From Macrostomum hystrix (lineage: Eukaryota > Animalia > Platyhelminthes), in NCBI GenBank assembly GCA_950097015.1, contig CATNEN010000001.1, positions 3,720,001 through 3,784,000 on the forward strand: DNA of 64,000 bases. Direction: 5' to 3'. Every line of letters begins with the position of its first letter. Position 1 is the first letter of the stretch. The notes beneath the pieces were generated by a model that was not told where the DNA came from, did no database searches, and saw nothing but the letters and a program-made list of their open reading frames with translations. Made by a program: the position numbers and the translations under genes. Below are positions 26,201-36,274 of this stretch, piece after piece.

Positions 26201-27006
26201 CTGCCATATAGAATTTTGAGGTGCCATTGCACTAGGCATAGCATGGACTTCAATCTATTTTTTTTTATAACTTTTGTTAAATGCTGATTTGACAGATTAG
26301 TTATTCTTATGTCTAGCTTATAGCCCTCCTTAGCACTAAGCCTAAAACAATATTTATGTGATCATGCATTTCATATAAAAAAATTAAAGACTAAAGTGCC
26401 TAATGAAATAATTTAAAGAAAATTGCCTAAAGCATAGCAACTTTCCTAAATAGGCCTAGCATGGCAGAAGAGAAAGAAAACACTGCTAAAGCCTAAAATA
26501 CAATAGAAAGAGTGGCTTATTTGACAATTGATCGAAAACATAGCACTAGGTAAAACATGTCACTAACCTATGTAGATTTTATAATTATAGAGTAAAATAC
26601 ATCCATAGCCTATAAGCTTAGCCACAAACGTAAAAATTCCCTTTGCCTTTCACAACTAACTGTCTCAATATTACAACTTTAACATAAGCAATTACAGATA
26701 AGGTATACTTGTAGCCACTGAATAGGCTTATCGTATTAAGTATAAAATCAAATAGTAGGCCTATTAGTTGCAAGCTAAGCTAGTTTGTAATAGACAAGCA
26801 TTAACAATAAACAGAAATGTGATTACCTTGAAGTAGCCACCTTGATAAAGGGTTCCTGGTGGACCGAATATGGCAACATCCCATTCAAAAATGTTATCAT
26901 CGTCTTTCAGTTTCACTTTAAAGCCTTCGACTGGTTCATCGTTCAGGCTTTTAAGCTCTTGTTGGAGGGCCCGAACAGCACTAGAGTGGGAGTGTTTAGC
27001 AGCCAT
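23271..27006 (-). CDS. UBE2R2: Ubiquitin-conjugating enzyme E2 R (CDC34/UBE2R family), exons 27006-26827, 25440-25354, 24135-23909, 23544-23271 (255 aa)
   Basis: [83 protein letters not shown] (catalytic Cys plus the CDC34 acidic loop), and an acidic C-terminal tail. GT-AG phases are consistent. Confidence 0.96.
23565..23800. repeat. Degenerate about 28-bp repeat with TCTGATTGGCTAC core (inverted CCAAT boxes), UBE2R intron 3
   Basis: About eight ATTGG cores within about 230 bp. Confidence 0.8.
24170..25200. repeat. About 35-38-bp minisatellite (TGAATCCTCTTCCCCTAATCCC...), UBE2R intron 2
   Basis: Two related unit variants in succession. Confidence 0.92.
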
Positions 27007-28547
27007 TATAAAAACTGGAAGATAGAAAGCTTAGTATGTTGCAAAAAAGTTTTTTTTGCGCAGTTGCGTATACCAGTAAAATATTGATATATTCTAATTC
27101 TATATTCGATATCTTTTATGTTCAATTTAGGTTGACAACTAAATAAATGAATGAGATGCTTGCTTCAGCCGACGAACATGGGGAAAATACTTCATTTAAT
27201 TTATATCAGCTGATGAAAAAGTTTACGGAAAACCATGTAAAATTAGCCTCCAGAGCCCTTTCTTCTTTTAAAAATATCTATTTAAAATAGTTTACATGCA
27301 TGTAATAAAAAATTTTCTAACATAGTGTGTGTTACTTTGTTTTAATTCAACTCTCCATGACAACAGAAGCACGATGAACGTTTCATTCATAATTTGAATG
27401 CGGCATGAGTTGCCTTAATGTTGTTGTAAATAGAAATTGCCATGATGTCGCGGTAAAAGCTAATATTATTATGATTTATAAAGACCATCTAACACCATTT
27501 ATCTAATACAACGCCGCTATTTGATCTGACATTTAACTATAAAGCAATCAATTAAAGCAGGAGCGCATTTTAATAGGCTTTTGCGCATCTGTGCATTTGT
27601 GCGCAAACTGGTGGGGTAGCCACAGTGCCTTCAAATAAAAATATATTGCAAGACACACTAGATAATCTAGTCTAGACTTCTAGAATTCGAGACTAGACTA
27701 ATCTTACGGAATTCATCTTTTGTTTAATTCATGTTGTAAGCGTATTTGCAAGACTTACAGATCTGGAGAAATTTTCTACAAGTCCTATGTCCTGCGGGCG
27801 TGTGGCTGGTGCTGCCCAACCCTTCTGTGGTAAAAAAACCACGAAATAAGTTTTACAACTAATTATCAATCCGTTAACTATATGCACACGCGAGATTCTG
27901 TGCACTACACTGGATTTAATCAGGGGATTCATGCCACAATGACACCACAGCATAATCTTTAGCTGTAGATCAGTCGATCGGCCCCTAAAGACGACCTATT
28001 TCCTAAGGTTGCAGATACTCGTAAAGTGTACCGTCTCACTCTCTTTTAGTTTGTCGTTGTCTATTCTCAAAAAACTGCTCGCGCACTGATCACTATGCTA
28101 GCAGCGCTTGCTGTATAGCGTTACATAATTTAAGAGGCTGAAAATAGACGTACTAGCCAAAGCCTATATCAGACGGTTTATCGCGCACACAAGTTCAGAA
28201 CTGCGCATTTGCAGGTATCAGGGCAGTTGTTATATATATAGAGAGAGGGGGGAGAGAGACAAGACTTCAGAGAGTCGAGATTAAAAGCCTTAGCAGTACA
28301 GACGTTGTGCAGAGTCCAATATAAAGCCAAGCCAAGAAGTATAACGCACAGTTTGAGTAAAAGGCGTCTGCAGCATGCGGTTGGATAATGTGTGCGCACT
28401 GGGCCTTACCCAGCACAGCACAAAAGCTGAGAATTATGAGGCTAAGAGGAGGCACGCCAGCTGTAGTGGAGTAGAAAGAGAGAGAGAGTAGAGAGCCATC
28501 GTAGCAAGTCTTTTGTTGCTATAGCGACTGAGCTAAAGAAAAAAGTC

Positions 28548-28582
28548 GTGTGTGTGTGCGTGTGTGTGTGTGTGTGTGTGCA
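28548..28582. repeat. (GT)n microsatellite between the divergent UBE2R and small Cys-rich genes
   Basis: Direct observation. Confidence 0.9.
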
Positions 28583-28828
28583 GATGTGTGCAAACGCTTA
28601 AAGTAAGCGGCTACGCTCAGAGAGTGGAAAAATATTCATATTTTTTTCTTTAATCGCCATTTTATCTTGACACTGTACAAAGAAAAGAAACTAGAAAAGA
28701 ATAACGCACCTGACACTGAAATTGTAACAAGTTTTTAAGGCTGCGTGAAAGCCTGGAAAAACTCCAGAATTGCTTTTAGAAACACTTTTTCAAATCCAGT
28801 CTCTAGAGCTTGAACTTCACCAACTACC

Positions 28829-29719
28829 ATGTGCCGATGGGGCTGCTCTCTTGTCGATTCTGTAAGTCAGTTGCAATTATGTCTTATCTCTTCTAAAAGC
28901 TCATTGTGATGTTGTCTAACTAACTACCTGTTAGTTCAGCTCACTGCCCATAATTCAGAGTTTATGGTCCACAATTCAAGTTAAAAGTTGTGCTATTTTC
29001 GTTGACCGTTCAAAAAAGGAGGTTGTAACCTTGCCGTTAGAGCGTCGTATTCACGACTTGGAGGTCAGGGGTTTGATTCCCGATTCCATTGGAAACAATT
29101 TGTGTCCATTAGCAAGACATCTAACTGTGTATTGCTTCAGTTCACCCAGCTGTTAAATGGGTACCAGCATCAGCTGGGGTAATTGAGAGGGTGGGTGTGG
29201 CGTCCCCCCAGTCCATGGACTGAACAGCCGTATATAAAGCTTTCCGATGCGCCTCGCAATAGCTGCGGCTGTGCTGTCGGCTGCACCCCTGGCCCAATCG
29301 GTTCATATAAGTGAATTTCCAAAAGTCAGCATAAGAAAACTTATAAAGAGTGTCAACAGACTATTAAAAAAACTGGAACTCTCTCCCTGCAGACTTACAT
29401 GTGCAAATGGTGCGGCACTCGCTACTGCAAGGAATGTCTTCTTGGCGACTTCTATGGCCGGATGAAGGAGCCGGGTCAGTGCCGGGTGTGCAATCAGAAG
29501 CGCTGCCAGGGCAAGCGAGTTGAATTCGTGCCGAAACCGCGCGATCCGGCCGATGACGCGGCCAGCGGTCGCGGCGGTCGACGCGGTGTCGGCGGAGCGT
29601 CCGCCAAGTCGGGTCGCTCTTCGAAGTCGGCGAAATCGTCGGGATCTAGGAAGAAGAAATCGGCCGGCGGTGGAAAGAAGAAAAAATCTGGCGGAAAGAA
29701 GAAGAGAGGAAAGAAGTGA
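28829..29719 (+). CDS. Small Cys-rich (zinc-finger-like) protein with a Lys/Ser/Gly-rich basic tail, exons 28829-28861 and 29393-29719 (119 aa)
   Basis: ACCATG start giving MCRWGCSLVDS, donor GTAAGT at 28862, acceptor ctctctccctgcAG at 29392, phase-0 join into the GC-rich ORF TYMCKWCGTRYCKEC...CRVCNQKRC...KKKRGKK. Confidence 0.8.
29017..29310 (+). mobile_element. SINE family B copy in the intron of the small Cys-rich gene
   Basis: B-box-like ggtttgattcc, CORE-like tgtgtccattagcaagacatctaactgtgtattgcttcagttcacccagctgttaaatggg, same 3' body. Confidence 0.8.
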
Positions 29720-29937
29720 TGAGCTTCGATTATCTAAAATGTTTAATTCTTGGCAAATATTAGTTGTTGAAAGACCATGGGGTATTTAAAATACTCACAT
29801 GTTCATTTTTTCTCTATCTTCCACAATATTCAACCGATCACAATGAAAATCCGAAAATTTTCCGCTGCATCCGACGAAAGACAAAATCATAAATTAAGAA
29901 AACAACAACATTGTCGAGATATTTTGAATATCTAGAC

Positions 29938-31503
29938 CAGGGGTCGGCAAACTTTTTAGCGAGCGGGCCACGGAGAGAACCTATAGGACGACAGCGGGCC
30001 GTATTAACTGTAGGAATATGAGAAAGGGGAGAGATGAGACACAGGATAGATGAGAAATGCGAGAGATGAGAAATGGGAGAGATGATAAATGGGAGAGATG
30101 AGACTCCGGATAGACGAGACAGGGGAGGATTGAGCCAGAGATGAGAATAGATAAGACTGGAGAGACGGGAGACACGGCAGAGATGAGACAGGGGAGAGAT
30201 AATTAGACACAGGACAGATAAGACACTAGAGAGATGAGACAGGGGAGAGATAATTAGACACAGGACAGATAAGACACTGGAGAGATGAGACAGGGGAGAG
30301 ATAATTAGACACAGGACAGATAAGACACTGGAGAGATGAGACAGGGGAGAGATAATTAGACACAGGACAGATAAGACACTGGAGAGATGAGACAGGGGAG
30401 AGATAATTAGACACAGGACAGATAAGACACTGGAGAGATGAAACAGGGAGAGATAATTAGACACAGGACAGATAAGACACTGGAGAGATGAAACAGGGAG
30501 AGATAATTAGACACAGGACAGATAAGACACTGGAGAGATGAGACAGGGGAGAGATAATTAGACACAGGACAGATAAGACACTGGAGAGATGAGACAGGGG
30601 AGAGATAATTAGACACAGGACAGATAAGACACTGGAGAGATGAGACAGGGGAGAGATAATTAGACACAGGACAGATAAGACACTGGAGAGATGAGACAGG
30701 GGAGAGATAATTAGACACAGGACAGATAAGACACTGGAGAGATGACACAGGGGAGAGATAATTAGACACAGGACAGATAAGACACTGGAGAGATGAGACA
30801 GGGGAGAGATAATTAGACACAGGACAGATAAGACACTGGAGAGATGAGACAGGGGAGAGATAATTAGACACAGGACAGATAAGACACTGGAGAGATGAGA
30901 CAGGGGAGAGATAATTAGACACAGGACAGATAAGACACTGGAGAGATGAGACAGGGGAGAGATAATTAGACACAGGACAGATAAGACACTGGAGAGATGA
31001 CACAGGGGAGAGATAATTAGACACAGGACAGATAAGACACTGGAGAGATGAGACAGGGGAGAGATAATTAGACACAGGACAGATAAGACACTGGAGAGAT
31101 GACACAGGGGAGAGATAATTAGACACAGGACAGATAAGACACTGGAGAGATGAGACAGGGGAGAGATAATTAGACACAGGACAGATAAGACACTGGAGAG
31201 ATGAGACAGGGGAGAGATAATTAGACACAGGACAGATAAGACACTGGAGAGATGAGACAGGGGAGAGATAATTAGACACAGGACAGATAAGACACTGGAG
31301 AGATGAGACAGGGGAGAGATAATTAGACACAGGACAGATAAGACACTGGAGAGATGAGACAGGGGAGAGATAATTAGACACAGGACAGATAAGACACTAG
31401 AGAGATGAGACAGGATACTATAGGTGGTGGAAGGGGCAACGGGCCAGATTTAGGGGCTTCGAGGGCCGCATCTGGCCCGCGGGCCGGAGTTTGCCGACCC
31501 CTG
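29938..31503. mobile_element. hAT (Charlie/MER58-like) MITE with an internally expanded satellite
   Basis: TIR CAGGGGTCGGCAAAC ... GTTTGCCGACCCCTG, perfect 8-bp TSD ATCTAGAC (29930-29937 and 31504-31511), GGGCC/GGCCC subterminal motifs. Confidence 0.93.
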
Positions 31504-33087
31504 ATCTAGACGATTCCGACGTCGGAAAGGCTTTGAAAATTAATCGTAAAAGGCGGAAAATATTGATCTATATAATGGGGGATTTTCAAGAAAATCGGTC
31601 AATTCGGTTTGGCCTTTGGGAGCTGTGGATAAGTAGGCTGGGGCATTTGAAACATGAGGCGGTCTTTCTACTGTTAAGCATGAAAGTTTTTGGCTTAAGC
31701 ATCGTGGATGGATCGCTAGATATAGCACTGGAAACTTAGCAAGTTAAAACTACAGCTATAGGCTTAACCAATAAGAGGGAGTACCTAAAAACTTATAGTC
31801 GTCAAAAGATCAGTCTTACTTGTAATATGTACCATAGACTAAATAGAAGCACCCGTTATTATTAGTATATTATTACCCAGGCTTTCAGGGCGATAATGGG
31901 AAAGCCAGAGGGCGCCGATGGACTCTTGTACCATAGACTATGTGGCTTATAGTATGTGGCTATACGTTAAAATACACAAAAATAATCCATTATCGGCCCA
32001 ACTTTTCGGGCCAAAATGACATCGTCTATGGCAATAATCGAATATCAGCCCGCCCGATAGCCACGTAGTCATGGTACAATCTTTTTTTCTCCTAAAGTTG
32101 CCAGTTAAAAAGCTATATTATTGTTAAAACGAATGTTTACAATTGAAGTACTCGTATTAGTTTATGTTTAACTTCGAGTATAAATAATATACAATTACTG
32201 GATTGTAACGAGCCTGGCGCATTTACTGACAATTTATCTGCGATTATTTGAAAGCCCAAAAAATTACTTTTATTCAATCACTGCATGCTCACTTTCTTAT
32301 AATGTTTACGCAACGCAAGAACGCACTGATATGGAAATATTTTTTCCACATTTTCTTTGCGTGTATATTTGTTTGTTAAATCTGTGGTTCAAAAAATAGT
32401 AGCTTTTTGTTTTCTAGAAACACATTTTCGAGGATCAGTGTGATAGTTAAATTGTTTCGGTTTAGTTGGGAATCGAAACCCCGACCTTCAAGTTGAGAGT
32501 TGTAAAATGCGTAAAATTATAATTCAAGGAAAAAGCTTTTAAGGTACTTTAAGTCCGTCTTAATATCATACACACACATACATTCACTGGTCCTTGAAAA
32601 TTAGTTTTTACTTTTAGAAAAGTTCAGTTTGCTTTGACTTTTGGTTGCTTTTATTTGAATTATATATAACGAGTAGGCTGTTGTTTACTGGATTTAAGCA
32701 TAAATAGACAGGAATATAAATCAGAATTTCAATTGTGCAACGCTCAAAATGATGTATTATACTCGTACTAAAAAATACAGAAATGTAAACTCGTTGTGTT
32801 TTATATGTGATGCAATCTACGAAGCTAGTTTTTGGAAATCTACAGTGATTCGAAACAAGCAGTAAATTTTCTTTAATTTACCTGGATATACACGTGGAAG
32901 CTAGATTAGTAGGAAAATTTAGATCTGTACAACTTCAAATAAAAGAAAAACAACACTTAACTATTGAAAGAACACTGGGATATTTCGAATTTCTCCCAAA
33001 ATATTCAAACAATCACCGTGAAAATTCGAAACACGGGCTAAAATTTTCCGCTCTATGCTATGAAACAACTTCCGGCATCGTCTAGGC

Positions 33088-33522
33088 CAGGGGTAGGCAA
33101 ACTTATTTGCCGGCGGGCCAAAGAGAGAACCTAAAAGACGACAGCGGGCCGCATTGACTGTATAAATATGAGATAGGGGAGAGATGAGACACGGGAGAGA
33201 TTAGACACGGGAGATATAAGACACGAGAGATATAAGACACGAGAGATATAAGACAGGGGAGAGATGAGACACATGAGAGATGAGACACGAGAGCGATGAG
33301 ACACGGGAGAGATTAGACACGGGAGAGATAAGACACGGGAGATATAAGACACGAGAGATATAAGACACGAGAGCGATGAGACACGGGAGAGATTAGACAC
33401 GGGAGAGATGAGACACGAGAGAGATGAAACAGGACACTGTAGATGTCAGAAGGGGCAACGGGCCGGATTTGGGAGCTTCGAGGGCCGCATCTGGCCCGCG
33501 GGCCGGAGTTTGCCGACCCCTG
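33088..33522. mobile_element. Second copy of the same hAT MITE, short form
   Basis: CAGGGGTAGGCAAAC ... GTTTGCCGACCCCTG, perfect 8-bp TSD GTCTAGGC (33080-33087 and 33523-33530), internal 17-bp GAGAGATGAGACACGGG-type repeats. Confidence 0.93.
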
Positions 33523-34202
33523 GTCTAGGCATTCAATGATTCTCATCGCGGGTGTCTGGTGGCAAAAGCACGCCAATATAGTCACAAAATTTCATATTAC
33601 TATTATTATTTAAGTAATATGGATTCGCCATAGAGTTAGAGCAATGTTAGTTGTCCTTCGTCATTTAGACTCACTATACTCACTAGACTCACTTTCACGA
33701 AAATAGGTCATTCGGTTTTGGAGCTATCGTGATGTAAACAGTGGGTATGTGAAATAATTGAAATTTCATGGACCTAACTACGAGTATTTGATATTGTACT
33801 GTTTTTGCAAATTAGTAAATTAATTTAAATTTCGGGTTATCGCATTAATGAAAGTAATAAATTTTCTAAAGTAAATATAATAGTCTGAGTTTAGTTTATC
33901 ACTAAATAGTCACATTGTTTTCTGATTCACAAGTCTCACATACTTATTGAGAGGCTAGATAATACAGAAAATTTATATTAGCCATGTGATAGTTTTCCCA
34001 TGCAAAAACTATCTGAAGCATTCATAGCCTGAATATGCGTCGATTGACTTAAAATCACACCCATTATTTAGTCAGCGCGAACAAGCACAAACCAATTATA
34101 GATTTTAGGCTGGAGCAAATCTTACAACAATTTTTATCTGCGCTTTGCTATTCAATTCGAACTCACCAGAATAATTTAGAGCTCAATATCTAATGATGTA
34201 AA

Positions 34203-36107
34203 ATGATTTCGCTCAGATCATTTCTGACAGCAGCAGTTCTGACGGTGCTTCTTCTGCTCGCCGCGGTGGCATCGCACACACTCCAGTCACCGTTGCTGGC
34301 CACATTCCAGAGCATACCGAAGGGGAATATGACTAGGGAGCAGGTGGTGAACCTCCTGCAGGAGATGAAGTACTACGTGAGCATCATGGGCCCGGAGGAG
34401 TACAAGCACTTTGCTCAGATCGCATTCAACATGCGCAGTCGACTGTTCGACTTGTTCAACATGGCATTCGGTGTCAACAACATGAACGACTACAATGTGC
34501 TGTGCCACTTCTGCGTCTATCCTAGCCTGATCTATGGCCACAACTACCCGATCGTGCAGAACCTCACCACCACTCTAATGGACTTCGTTATTGAAAGCTT
34601 TCGCGGCGGTGACACCAAGGAGTTCCTGTTTAACTATGTCAGACTCTACCTGCAGCTGGGGCAGCCGTATGCCACCTACAGCAATCTGCTCAGACATTCC
34701 GGCGACCGGACCGAAGCTACTCTGTACACCTTCGCCAAAACCTGTCTGCCGGATCTGCCAGTACCGCCAGACTGCCAGAAGACCCTGCTGATGCAGCTGT
34801 CAGATCCAAGGATGCTGCTTCGGCCACGCTGCGAGCTCGAAGCACTGGCTCGCGGCGACTACAGCCTTGGCAGCAACAGCCAGCAAGACACAATGACCTC
34901 CGTGCTGCAGTTCCAGCTGCTCACGCATGTCGCCCAAAGCGGCACATTCGACTACTACAACTCCACGCACAAGATCATCGAGTTCATCGAGCTGATCATA
35001 TTTGGCCACTTCGACGCCCTGAAGATACCAAATCGCATGTGGATTGATTCCACGTTTGAGCATTCACTACCTGGAAAGCTGAGCTCGGTGGCCCAACTCA
35101 TCAGGTACGGCTATCCGATACTGCTACTGCTTGGCACTATTAGTAACTTGATAGCGCTGCTGTTTAGCCTTGTGACGCTATCCGAGAGCATCAGCTGCAT
35201 GTACTTCTTGGCCCTTTCAATCCTGGACCTTCTCTGTCTATGGTGCAACCTACTGCCGGTCATGCTCAGTCTCTACTTTGACATATTCGCTCAAGAGACC
35301 TCGGATCTCACCTGCAAGCTGCTGCCATTCCTCGAGGTCTTCTTTGCCGGCTGCGTCGCATGGCTAGTTGCGGCCCTAACTCTGACAAAGCTGGCCAGCC
35401 TACTCAGACCCTTCAGCCGCTCGGTCTACTCACGCCCGGCTCACCGCCTGCTCATTCTCAGCCTGATACTGGCTGTGGCCGCGCTGTGCAGTCCGCTGCT
35501 GCTAACTCGCTACCGTCTGGTTGTCCTCGACTCCGACTTCTTCATCCGGTGCTGGCGTCGCGACTATCCGCAGTTCGCCTACGGCCTGGAGAAGATGTGG
35601 CTGGCGCTGGTGTTTCCCGTCACTCCGCTGCTGCTGGTGCTGGCCGGAAACTCTGCACTCGTAGCCATCCGATCAAGACACCTGCGACAGCTGTCAAACA
35701 GCGGCCGCGGCTCCGGCCGTCAGGTTGACGACAAATCGTTCGGCTCTCTGACGGCTGTCTCCTGCGTGTTCCTTGCCTTCACAGCGCCAAACACTGTTGT
35801 CCAACTGATTGAAGCATTCCAGTCGCAGAACATCAATCATTACGATGTGAGTGATGAGCTCAGCAATGGAAATGGCACCCTGTTTAACTACTGGACTCAC
35901 GTGACTCACTTTGTTATGCTGCTGCACAATGCGGTCAACATATTCACCTACGGCATGAGTGCGCCGTACCTCAGGCAGGCGTTTCGCCTCCGTTTGGCCC
36001 GTCTTCTGGTGGGCGGACCCCGGCTTCTGCTGGCAACGTCCAGACACGAGGAAGCCTACGGATCTGTGGTGTCTGTCAAATCGGGAAGATCCTCTTTGTC
36101 CAACTAG
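34203..36107 (+). CDS. Intronless rhodopsin-class (peptide-receptor-like) GPCR with signal peptide and about 280-aa ectodomain
   Basis: 634-aa ORF. TM1 GTISN, TM2 LALSILD, CKL at the start of TM3, ECL2 Cys, TM6 FLAFTAPN, TM7 HNAVNIFTY. Confidence 0.88.
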   Translation: MISLRSFLTAAVLTVLLLLAAVASHTLQSPLLATFQSIPKGNMTREQVVNLLQEMKYYVSIMGPEEYKHFAQIAFNMRSRLFDLFNMAFGVNNMNDYNVLCHFCVYPSLIYGHNYPIVQNLTTTLMDFVIESFRGGDTKEFLFNYVRLYLQLGQPYATYSNLLRHSGDRTEATLYTFAKTCLPDLPVPPDCQKTLLMQLSDPRMLLRPRCELEALARGDYSLGSNSQQDTMTSVLQFQLLTHVAQSGTFDYYNSTHKIIEFIELIIFGHFDALKIPNRMWIDSTFEHSLPGKLSSVAQLIRYGYPILLLLGTISNLIALLFSLVTLSESISCMYFLALSILDLLCLWCNLLPVMLSLYFDIFAQETSDLTCKLLPFLEVFFAGCVAWLVAALTLTKLASLLRPFSRSVYSRPAHRLLILSLILAVAALCSPLLLTRYRLVVLDSDFFIRCWRRDYPQFAYGLEKMWLALVFPVTPLLLVLAGNSALVAIRSRHLRQLSNSGRGSGRQVDDKSFGSLTAVSCVFLAFTAPNTVVQLIEAFQSQNINHYDVSDELSNGNGTLFNYWTHVTHFVMLLHNAVNIFTYGMSAPYLRQAFRLRLARLLVGGPRLLLATSRHEEAYGSVVSVKSGRSSLSN

Positions 36108-36274
36108 GCTGGCTCAATGGCAGAGCTGCTTAAAAGACTGAGATACAAATATTTTCTAGTTTGTACTCGTATTGCAGCATAAACTGTGTGATAAAAAAAA
36201 TTGGTGTCGGAATTTTTAACACTATTTTTTGAGCTTCGATCTACTATGCGAATTCGTGCACATTAGAATGATAT

